A stretch of 64,000 nt of DNA from positions 65,467 through 129,466 of the forward strand of contig NIVC01002935.1 in the NCBI GenBank assembly GCA_002269645.1, given 5' to 3'. The stretch's first letter is position 1. Each line of letters begins with the position of its first letter. The stretch comes from Macrostomum lignano (Eukaryota). The notes beneath the pieces are model-generated. The model did no database searches. It worked only from the letters and a program-made list of their open reading frames with translations, and was not told the origin of the DNA. A program made the translations under genes and the position numbers. Shown piece after piece: positions 41,011 through 51,826 of this stretch.

Positions 41011-44000
41011 TCAGTAGTAAGTCAGTCTGTCGGGTGTTTTGCGTAGACGAGTACTCTGTCGAAAAACCCGTGGATTGGCTGTTGCATGAGAATTTGGCAA
41101 ATCGGGTACGATTGGTACTGAAGCACCGGAGGAAGGAACAGGAGACTCATCAGACTCCGGGGTAGTTTGAACCGGTGGTCCCTCATCCGCCGTGGCCGTC
41201 CTCGCATTGATGTCAGATTGATGCACCATTCTGTTTCGGCTATCAGTAGATGTATTTGAACCGAACTTGGAAGTGATCTTCTCCCCAGCCTTGCTAGATT
41301 TAGTCTCGATGCGGATGTAGACTGGTTTGGAAGAGTCTTCCGCTGGCTGATGCAGTTCTGTGCACGTAGCTGATAGACGGGTACGTGGAATTTTTATAAA
41401 ACTTGACTGGCAGGAATCGCACCGATTGAAGAAGGTGTGGTGTTTTGTCTTAAGCAGAAAGAAGCAACTGAGTGTTCCACATCGACTTCACCAGATGAAC
41501 ACTTGAGAGCCATCTTAAAAACTTGAATAATGCGCTCAACGAGACCGTTGGACTGGTGGTGCCCAGGTGGCGTGAGGATTTGTTGAATTTTGTTTGATTT
41601 CAGAAATGATTGAAACTCCTCAGATCGAAAGTTGGTCCCGTTGTCGGTCACCAGAAACTTGGGCAACCCAACGTATTTGAAAGTCTTTCGACACACACTG
41701 ATAACCGAAGAAGACGTGATGGATCCAAGTGTCTGAATGTCGATCCAGCGCGAAAAAGCGTCAACCAGCACCAGGAACTTGTAGTCCTTGTAGAAAGCGA
41801 TGTCCAGGTGAACGCGCTCGAAAAACTCTCCAGCATCAGACCAGCTAGCCAGATTTGCATTGGGCTTTTTCCTGGCGTTTAGCTGGCAAATCGGGCACCT
41901 CTGGACAAAACTGTTGATGCTCAGGTCGATTGAAGGCCACCAGAAATATTGGCGCGCAACTCGGATCATCCTCACGATTCCTGGATGTCCTTCATGAAGC
42001 AGGTTCAGGATTTCGCGCCTCAGTTGAGATGGTGGTACAATCCGAATGCCTCTGAAGACAATTCCGTTCTGTATTGTGTACTCGGATCGATCCTTGCTGT
42101 ATGGAAGCATGTGTTTGGGAGGGTATTCTGGCCAGCCTTGTGTTATGAACTTTTTCAGCAGAACTATTTCAGAATCTTTTGAATGGGAAATACGTTTGAG
42201 AAGTTCTTCGGAATTTCTGAATTCTTCGAGGTTGTTTATCTCCAGTAGATTCACTGAATTTACGATAGGACATTTTCCAGTACTTGGGATTCTCGACAAG
42301 GTATCAGCTGCAAACATTGTCTCCCCCTTTGAATAGATGACTTGGTAGTTGTAGGCGCTCAAAGTCAATGCCCAGCGCTGCAATCTGGCTGATACGCGCT
42401 CTGAGATCTTGCCAGGATTGAAAATAAACATTAGTGGGCGATGATCGGAAATTATCTTAAAGTGTCGACCTGCTAGGAACTGGTGATAATATTTAACACC
42501 TTCGACAATGGCAAGTGCTTCGCGTTCGATATTCGAGTAATTCGACTCAGCGGATGTTAGTATTCGGCTTGCGAGCCAGACGACTTGCTGCTGATTTTCA
42601 TCGTGGGAAAGCACATAACCAATTCCGTCTTTAGAGGCATCGCACGTCAAAAACAGAGGTTGGGTGATGTCATAAGATACGATTTTGCCTTGAGGTATAC
42701 TGGATTTTAACTTCTGATAAGCATCTGTGTGAAGGTCGGTCCAATTCCATGGTACATGCTTTTTTAGAAGATGGTAAAGTGGTTTTGCGATGAGTGAGAA
42801 ATTCGGGCAGAACAATCCGTAGTGACGCAAGGTAGACACCGCACTCCTTAGTTGATCTTTGTCTCTTGGTTCTGCCAACTCATTTAGTGCCTTGACCCTT
42901 GCAGGATCTGGTTGCAGTTGACCATTAGTGAGTACGAAGCCCAAGAACTTGACGCGATCCTTGAACTCCTGAGACTTGTGGACATTAATTTTAAACCCAT
43001 GTTGAGCAAGTCTGCCCTTTACCAGTGAAAGAACTCTGTGATGCTCACTAGCGCTTGGAGTCCCGATTACGATGTCATTTTGGTAAGAAGCTACGTATGG
43101 TATACCTCTCAGCAGTTTATCCATCACCTCTTGAAATATTAACGGAGCGGCGGATATTCCGAACTGCATCTTTCGGAATGCAAAATGGCCCACATGAGTG
43201 GAAATACAAGTCAATCGTTGGCTGTCCTCCGATAATTCAATCTGCAAGTACGCGTCTTCTAAATCGATCACAGAATAGTGCTTTGCATTTGGAATAGCTG
43301 CTAGAATCTCCTCAAGCTTAGGAAGTTTGTACTGATCAGGATCGATGAGCCTGTTCAGCGTCACCGAGTAATCTCCACAGATTCGGATGGGTCTGGCCGA
43401 CCCTTCGGGCTTGAGAACGGGTACTATTGGACACGAAACGGTAGGGTTTTCCACAGGGTAGATTATACCAGCAGAAAGCAGTCTGCTCAATTCGGCCTCC
43501 ACCATAACTTTCATGGAAAATGGCAGAGAACGAGCACGGTAACACATTCCTTCGAATGAGGCGTTGTTTTTAAGTCGAAAGCTAGCGGTAAACTCATCAG
43601 AATTGTTGCAGGTAACTGGACTGCACTTCAGATCGATCTCCGGGATGAGAGAAAATGCTTTGATGAAGTTCATTCCCAGAATGCACTGTGTGCCGGGCTG
43701 TCCGACTAGGATATCGCCAACGGCGCTGTTACCGCTGCTGTCCGTGACGGTCGCATTTCTCAGTACGCCTAACGCGGTTGTACTCAGGCCACCGTAAACC
43801 TTCAAAGCTAATGTGGAATCTTTCTGAATTTCGAAACCGGTTTTGATGGCTAGGTCCTTTGGTAAAGCTGTGATTTGGCTGCCCGTGTCGATACACATTC
43901 TTGCTCTAAGATAGCCGATCTGAAAGTCCTTGTGCCACAAAAGACTGCTGCTAGCTGCAATTCCGATGGATAGCGTTTGAGCAAAATCGTCAGCCTCTGT

Positions 44001-44816
44001 GCCTTTTGTCAGCTCAGTGCAATTTATCTTTTTGTCACCAGAACGACAAACTGGCGCGATGTGACCCTGCTTTCCGCACTTGTTGCAGGAGGAATTTCTG
44101 AATTTGCAGGTTGACCTCAAGTGCCCAGGTTTGCCGCATGAAAAACAAACTCCTTTCGGACGTTCCATTGCGATTGGTCGAAGCTTCTGGGCAAGACCAG
44201 GTTTCGGCGCGAATTTGTTGAGGCCGTCACTGGTCCTTTGGCTTGAGTTTTTCTTCTTGTGCGGAATTTTTACACTGGCGATTGTATTGTGAGCCTTGGT
44301 AGCTACATGAACCGACTCTGACAGAAGCGCATCACGCAAGGCATCTTCAAGAGAGAGCTCGTCCTTTGTCAGCAGTTTTTGACGTAGGGACTGGTTGGAG
44401 AGTCCGAAGATGAACTGAGATAAAATGAGATCATTGGCCAGGTCACCAAACTCACACTTAATAGCCTGATTTTTTAAACGCTCGACGTAAGTCGCTATAG
44501 GTTCTCCGGCCTTCTGAGTCATGGCGTGTAAAACATGGCGCTCGAAATGCAGTAGGCGCCGTGGTTTTAAGTGATCCAGGATGGCCTTCTTGATCTGCTC
44601 GAAGGTGCACGCACGATTAGTGACTTCTTTTGGTTGCATTAGTGTTTCCGCTAAGGTGAATGCTGAAGTGCCGCAGGTAGCTAGAAATACCGCCTTCGCA
44701 TGATCATCGGTCCGTCCGGTAGCAGTGAGGAAGAATTCGAACCGTTTGAAGTACTGCTCCACCTCAGGGTACTGCATTGGCATGTCGCCAAGCTTAAACT
44801 CGAGAGACGCGGCCAT
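41011..44816 (-). CDS. Gypsy gag-pol polyprotein (1140-aa ORF 41394-44816 plus a frameshifted integrase tail to 41011)
   Basis: Two CCHC knuckles, protease IDTGS, RT with YQND, RNase H CDAS, integrase HHCC and D,D,E (HLDI, TDNG, NGLVER); IPRTRLS..RMVHQSDI continues in another frame. Confidence 0.93.
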
Positions 44817-44903
44817 TTCCGAAATTACAGGTGTTGCAGGATTTGAGTCCGGGATATAGACTCCTATTTCAATCAGAGCGGTCAGCTTGAAGAATTAGTG
44901 CCG

Positions 44904-44916
44904 ATCCTCGTCGCCA
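44904..44916 (-). other. Primer-binding site TGGCGACGAGGAT, probably for tRNA-Ser(GCU)
   Basis: Abuts the 5' LTR; complementary to ..AUCCUCGUCGCCA, recalled as the 3' end of animal tRNA-Ser(GCU). Confidence 0.75.
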
Positions 44917-45504
44917 TGTTATAAGTTTAGCATTTCGAGTGACCGAGACTTAATAACGCAGGAGCTGCTAAAAAGATGCGGCATGCAGGCGCGTGTATTT
45001 TTCTTGATCCATTATAACGCGCGGACCTTGGCTCTTCTTTGCCCAGAGCTGAACTGAACAGTGTTAATGTCCATAGACATAAAATAACATTTTCGAATAT
45101 CATGCACTTATACACAACAGCAAGTAAGGAAACGCACATCCAGATCTAGGCGAAACTCCCTTTCACTTTCGACAAACGCCACTTCTCCTTAAACACTTTA
45201 TGGTCTAAGCTGCTGAAACTCCGTTTCACTTTAGTCAACCAACATTCAAGATAGACAAGATACATTCACTTTAGACAGATTCTTAGATGCGTCATTTGTT
45301 TACGCCTAGTGTTGGCTGAAAGAGGGGTTTTGACCATAGATACCTTTTAAGACACCCTTTTCGCCCCTTTAAACAGTGTGGGGCGGCAGGGTCGCCGGCC
45401 AAACCTTCCGAACTTCCGAACCAAAGTCTCAGCCTACTCTCCCTTCGCTCCAAACACTGAAGCTTATTCGCTAAAGATATTCGCTAAAGCAAGCCCTGAA
45501 AAAG

Positions 45505-46640
45505 ATGGAGGACAGTGAAGATTCGTACCTAAAAGAGGAGCCTGGTTACGAAGACGAAAGTGAAAGCGACTTTGAAGAGCAGGCTCCAGCGCAACAGCAA
45601 CAGCCAGTGAGCAACCATGACAGGCAGCGACAATTCTCTCCGCTTACCAGAAGGGCGAAGATTTTATCCTACTGGCCTCTCAAATTTGCATCAAGAGAAC
45701 GACCGCATATTCCATTGTGAGGAGTGGACGAGTGGAGAAGCTTTCGTGCGGCGGAGCCAAGAACGTGAAGTGGGATGGTGAGATGCAAGAATATTTGTGC
45801 GCAATCGTGGAGCAGAATCCATTGCTGACTCTGAAAGAGATGAACACCATGCTCGGACAAGCTTTTCCTGAGAAGCAACATGTCTCAGAAAAGACACTCA
45901 GGAGCATAAAACTCGACGGTGCACTGTTCACAACGAAGCTGGCACGAGATCTTCCAGCTGAGCGCAACTCGCCAAGGGTTGTAGCCGCTCGTGAGCAATT
46001 TGCTCAATTGATTTGCAATTGATCAGATCAGATCTTTATTGACGAGTTTGGCTTCAACACATGGATTCGGCGATCCTATGGACGATCTCTTCGTGGACAG
46101 CGCGTGTACCGACAGGTTTCTGGACAGAAGGGACAGCGTATCACCGTCTGCCTGGCAGTAAGCCCGGCTGCTGGAATCGTGCACTTCCAGTCATACGACA
46201 GCGGCATGACAAAGGAGAGATTCGGCGAGTTTCTCACAATCACAATCACCAACTTCCACAGCGTGTTTCCGGACAGCAGCATCAGTGTTGTCATAGACAA
46301 CGTCAGCAGCCACAATGACGCCGAAAGCTACGAGGTCGAAGACGCTGTGGAAGTGAGACGACTGCCACCCTACAGTCCATTTCTCACCCCAGTTGAGAAC
46401 GCGATATCATGCTGGAAGGCGGCTCTGAAGCGTCGACTGTCGGCGATCCAAGATTCCTTCATCAGGCCGACCGAGCAGCAGCTTGCTGGTCGCAGCCAGG
46501 CGGCGTACCGCCGAGACATTCTACTCTGTGAGGTGGACGGCACCGCCAACTGCATCACTCCAGAGAAAGTGGCACGGTGGCTCAGCCATTGCTTCAGGTA
46601 TCTGCCACGGTGCTTGACGTCTCAGCCAATTGATGGCTAA
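45505..46640 (+). pseudogene. DDE transposase of the Tc1-like element, with a frameshift near 45631 and an in-frame TGA at 46020-46022
   Basis: HTH-like SAYQKGEDF..IKRTTAYSIVR; IFIDEFGFN, VVIDNVSSH, LPPYSPFLTPVENAISCWK. Confidence 0.88.
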
Positions 46641-49600
46641 TGGAAATCAGAACCCATCGCTGAACTATCGCTGCGCATCTGCTGGCTTTGCCGTTTTAAT
46701 CACGACGCTGTTAAAAAAACATTTTTCGGAAGTCCTGCATTCTCAAATGCCTTTTAAATTAGGCCACCAAACTAACTGTTTATTGATAAAAAATCCTCGA
46801 TGTAGGCCATCTTCCGTTACAATGAAAGTTTTTATCCTTGGAAATTTCCATGAACATGCTTAATAAACCTTTGCACACCTCCCGTGTGAGTTCATGTCTA
46901 AAGTGAATGTATCTTGTCTATCTTGAATGTTGGTTGACTAAAGTGAAACGGAGTTTCAGCAGCTTAGACCATAGACTGTCTAAGGAGAAGTGGCGTTTGT
47001 CGAAAGTGAAAGGGAGTTTCGCCTAGGATGTGCGATGTGCGTTTCCTTACTTGCCTATGTAAATAGATAGAATTGTAGCACCACAAAGCTTAGCTGTCGA
47101 TACTGAAACGGAGTTTGTCGATAGTGAATGTAGATTCGGGGGCTCCAGTCTACTAAAAGTGTCTAAACTGAAGTTCCGACTGTCTAAAACTACACTGTAA
47201 AATGGTGTAGTGGTGGTAGAGGATGAGTGGATATAAAAACGAAAGGCACTTATGAGAGTCCATAAAAGCGATATGTGTGATTTTCGCACAAAAGCCGAAG
47301 CCTTAATTTATGCCTCGAAACTGTGGGATTTTTCATAAAAATAAACATACAATTTAACGAGTCACGTGACATGACACATATATGCAATATAATGAAAATA
47401 CATCATATTGGGCAGGTGATGGCTCAAAACAGCAAAATCCACTTACTGTAAATGTACACCGTCTCATCGATGTACTTTTCTTGTCAGCTGTAGTGCACGG
47501 TCTCACTTGAATCATCGCCTCCTGACTGCACCTGCTCAGTCCAGTGCACACTTGAGTCACCAAACAGCCTAACGTACACAGCTGTAAGATTTAGGCAGAT
47601 AAGCAAAACAAACAATTAATTAAGTTGCTCCTAGGGTAAAAATGCAAAAATACAATATAAAATATACTAAAGATAAAAGACGTAACGCTATTTTGCTGTT
47701 GTCCAAATTGTCGTTGTTAATAGCGTTTACTTTAGAGCTACATGTATACTCAGCAACCTCGAAAAGTCGCAAACATAGAAGATTCCGTCTGTGGTCGCCA
47801 CTTTTGAGAGTGCAGGTAAAGTCTCTCAATCTTAGCGAGTGACGCAACTTAGCTGAGGAATGGAGGGTTCAACGGAAGTCAGAGTTTAAGGCAATGAAGT
47901 GGGGGGAGCGGTGTGCGAGGCTTGGACGGATTAAAGCTACCCCGATCAGCTTTCTCGTATCTTTTATTTCAGAATAGTCCAAGAGAAATTGCTCACTGGC
48001 GCATAGAGTGGCCACTTTTCAATGTTGCAGAGTATAGATACCGAATTTCAGCAACTTTAATACAAGTAATAATTGTGATTAAGCAGATTTTCCATCATAA
48101 ACTCATTTCTGTCGTGCATGTATATTATTTCTATTATAAAACCTAGCTATAGCTTATGAGATCCGCTTTGTAAAAGCGCCTCCTACTTATATAAACCTTA
48201 CTAGGCAAGGAGGACTGAGCAGTAAGGAGTGTGAGGGAAGAGATGAAGAGTATTCAGGGTGTCCACCGGGTCTCAAGTTTTGCTTCATACTAAACATGCA
48301 TGCATCGTAACTGAACTGCTTTCGCCAACCATTGTGGACATTTACTTTCTACACTTGAGGAGTTGCTGTCAAGGATGGGGTTTCTTCCTTATCCATCATA
48401 CATTTTATTTTCTAGATAGTTTACCGGTATTTGATTTGCAAAAAAGTATGCATAAACAAGCAAGAAAATATTGCTGGTCAAGATTAGTTTACATTCAGAG
48501 TCAAAGTATGTCCCAATTTTTTGTTAAATCAGACACTCTTGCAGTATAATTGCACCCCGTTCTCCAGGTTTGCTGATTAAGTCACCCCAATGCGTCTCGT
48601 TCCTGTTTTTTTATGCTTACTTGAATCACCCCTGCATGCGTGCGAGATATGCCTTAGCTGGTTGGTTTGAGATCTGTTTTTGTGTTGTTGAACCCTCCCT
48701 TAATTGTCACCTTGCTTGTTGTGCGATGATTGGCTTACTTTTCTCTTATTTTGCGCAGTGATTGGCTGGTGGGGGTTGGGCTCTAAGCCTGCTTTTCCTA
48801 TGGTTGCTGTGGTTTACTTATTTAAGCACGGTGTCGCTTGCCCATTCTCTCGCTCGCGTGAGCTTAATTTTTTTCAACTAGCTAACTATATCTATAAGAA
48901 ATTTCTAACACATCGGTTGAGTCGGCAGGCCGGGTTTCGAGGACTAGATCCAGCTCATCATTGCCTTCTTTTATTCGACTGTCACAGGAAGTTGAAAGGT
49001 CCGTATGGTCCTGATGCTTGTAGTGCTCAAGCGATAATCCAATATATATGTACATCAACCTTGCGTACAGTGCATACTGGTGGTTCAGTGACCTAGAAGA
49101 AATGCTCATCACTATTACTACATAGAAAAAATTTATTAAATTTATCGAAAAAGCTTACCTTTACACTTGGTTGGCTCCAGGAGGTTTAGGTGAATGGCAA
49201 ACTTGATAAACTGGCCAGGTCGATAGACAGCATTTAGATTCACATCTGCATCATCAAATATGATATCAAAGACCTGTACTTTCATTTTTAGCTGTCCTCT
49301 AGATGCTTAAATGAATGAGTTTTGTAGTTATTTATTCGGAGAGCTTATCAACTATTTTTTTAGTTTAAAAGGATAGGAAAAATATACTAAAAAACAATTG
49401 AATACAGACACCAATAACATCTATTTTTGAATAAAATGCTTCAAAATAGTACTTATACTGCTATAGTTTGTAGTATATTGTGTATATACTAGTAGCATTC
49501 ATTAATCTTGAATATCCTAAATTCATCAAGTTCATGTTTTATAGTTTTTATATATATTATATATAGTATTATACTACTTGCTTAGCTCTTAATCATGATT

Positions 49601-51395
49601 GGCTTTAAATATAAATTAAAATATGTCAAGCATATTTAGGGTGCTTAACTCTATCAATAAATTAACAAAAATATTCTAAAAGGCATAATTGCTATTACAC
49701 AGACATTTTATATTTGACAAAAATTATCTTTAGTTACCTAGTTTAAACAAATAAAATATAATTGTATTCTTATAACACTAAATGAACTATTTTACTATGA
49801 TAAAAACAAATTTATCTTGTTAGCTCATATATTTAGGAGCAAATTCACCTGAATTCATTTATATAGTTCACTTTTATACTGGATAAAAAGTAAAAACATT
49901 AAATACTGTCAGAAATTTTACACAATACACTACAAAGTGTAAGTATACTATAGTCTAGAAATAATAATTACTATCTAATGTATACAACACCATAATATGT
50001 ATATCTAGGTCTATGCTATGTTATAAGTAAAGTAAAAGTTATATTATTAAATGAAAAATGGATGATTTAGCCTTTCAAAAAGTGTTCTTATATTTACCAT
50101 GATTAATATTATTATTAATATATAATATGTAAAAACTACAATTACTAAGTACTAGTTAAGCAGCTAAAACTGTCCAGTGTCCTAGTGCATACCAAAATAA
50201 ATATAACTTGTCATCATAAATACAAAAAAAATATAATTATATGCTTTTTGAGTGATTTTAGCATAAGTTTTGCTCTAAATCTAAAATTCGCTGGGGAAAC
50301 TACCACTAACCCTTCTCAATCAAAGAAACGCTTCGCCGCCACAGCCCATGGATCAAACAGCCTTGTTCAACAGCTGACTCATGCGAATAAGATTTAAAAG
50401 GGAATAAACAGTTTTTTTCGAGGGGTGAGAGAGCTCAACTAAAAATTAAAATCTATTCAAACTATAAATCATAATGATACTTTTTAGCGTTTGTACAAAT
50501 ATAACATATATGAAGTCACCATGCTAAAATTAGCCTTAATTTTTGTTTAAATGTAGACATTTCAAAATTTTAGTACGGTTCATGGGATCTACTCTGTATT
50601 CTACAAACAGTAGTTAACATATTCTTGATTCTGATTCTAGAACAAGAACCACTATGCAAAATATAAATTTGTTTTTGCTACTAGAACTAGAGTATAAGGT
50701 ACGTACAGGGTACAGCGTATGGACGTTAAATTTTGGATATTAATTTCAAGCATTCCGTTGTGACGAATTTAATCTGGCAGTCCTTGGCAGAACAAGACCG
50801 AACAAGACCGAAGAAAAATGAAAGTATAGCGCAGTCCAATATTCAATTGAATTGATATATTTTGCTTGCTTAGTTGGCCAAGTTTTTTTTATTTGTTTTT
50901 GAGTAGCGACGAAAAACGAACAGTTAATATAAAACGATAGATGATACAGCGAATTGTAATTGGCTGAGTGTTACGATGGGCGCTGGGCAAATTATTGATT
51001 TGTTAAAAATTCATCACTTGCTGACATATAAAAGCCGATTCAATGAATGTACTCGTACACAGAATTCATACAAAATATGATACACTTACGTAGTAGTCTA
51101 CTGATAGTAAAAATGATAGTAAAACAATGAAGTTTTCCACAAGTCCCCCGTCACACCGTCATCACCCCGACGTCGAGAGAGTTAATAGCTGAGAACTTCT
51201 AATAGTTGAGGTTTGTTCTTTGTTGAAGTTTGTTCAGCCGACATAAAATTCGCCTCATGGTGTCCATTAGTCGCATCTGGGGCCACCTGTTGGACGTCCG
51301 GATCCGGGAAGCTCCCGCCTGGGTGAAAGACAAGTGACCAATAAAGTCAGATCGATCGAGCTGATCGAGGCATGCGGTCGCGATACGCTAGCGCT

Positions 51396-51589
51396 CAGTG
51401 GCGCAGCCAGGAAATTATTTCGGGAGGGCCCATTCAGCACCCGGAGGAGGGGTTATAGGGGGCGGGGATTTTTCTCTGGAACTAATTCAGGAAGAGGAGT
51501 AATTTTTCTCCGGAATTTTTTTGGGGGAGGGGGGTAAATAATTGCGAGGGGCAGGCTCCCCGGCTCCTCCCTCCCTGGCTGCGCTACTG
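51396..51589. mobile_element. 194-bp hAT-type MITE
   Basis: 16-bp TIRs CAGTGGCGCAGCCAGG / CCTGGCTGCGCTACTG (1 mismatch); 8-bp TSD CTAGCGCT / CTAGCACT (7/8). Confidence 0.8.
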
Positions 51590-51826
51590 CTAGCACTAAA
51601 GGGAGTTTAGCCAGTGTTCTTAAATTTTGTGTGTATTGTCACATATGTCACTTCGATCGTTTCAGTGCGGCAAAGAAATCCGTTATCTTGAGTGTTTGAC
51701 GGCCGCGGAAAAATGGCTCAGTTATTCGACCTATTGTTAAAAGCCATGCTGAGATACAAAAAAATTTGCAATTATTTTTATTTGCCATTTGCCATCGAGC
51801 ACTTCGAATACGTCGGCAATTTTAGA

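Larger units (their letters stand above)
40735..45119 (-). mobile_element. Ty3/Gypsy LTR retrotransposon (probably Mag-like), 4385 bp, full-length structure
   Basis: 203-bp LTRs (40735-40937, 44917-45119) identical by eye, TG..CA ends; TSD GCAAG (40730-40734, 45120-45124); gag-PR-RT-RH-IN order. Confidence 0.97.
40597..47188 (+). mobile_element. IS630/Tc1/mariner-superfamily DNA transposon with ~290-bp TIRs; left TIR split by a Gypsy insertion
   Basis: Left TIR (40597-40734 plus 45125-45277) is the reverse complement of 46895-47188; TA next to both apparent ends (40599-40600, 47185-47186); exact outer ends uncertain. Confidence 0.88.
38939..49273 (-). pseudogene. Disrupted alpha-arrestin (ARRDC-like) gene; exons 49273-49159, 47581-47447, 40228-~39695 and a degenerate 3' part ~39200-38939
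   Basis: VFDIIFD..VYRPGQ..LNLLEPTKCK/AVYVRLFGDSSVHWTE..TVHYS*QEKY/..HPAGEFIYPVSFQLPP..PASFE..GNIRYYIQARMDRSW..KKFFTVIRDFDLN..LPKKAFVPGE..GCGNIRVQYYFR. Splice phases compatible. In-frame TGA at 47486-47484, extra base in run 40058-40064, TGA at 39760-39758 and 39748-39746. Confidence 0.8.

Noticed and set aside
41610-44292. Plus-strand ORFs inside the Gypsy element, and similar antisense ORFs over the LINE, FAM13 exons and cGLR
   Set aside because: Shadow ORFs of real opposite-strand coding sequence
50330-50362. MGCGG lipidation-like start as the arrestin first exon
   Set aside because: No phase-0 donor compatible with the 49273 acceptor; a stop follows within 10 codons
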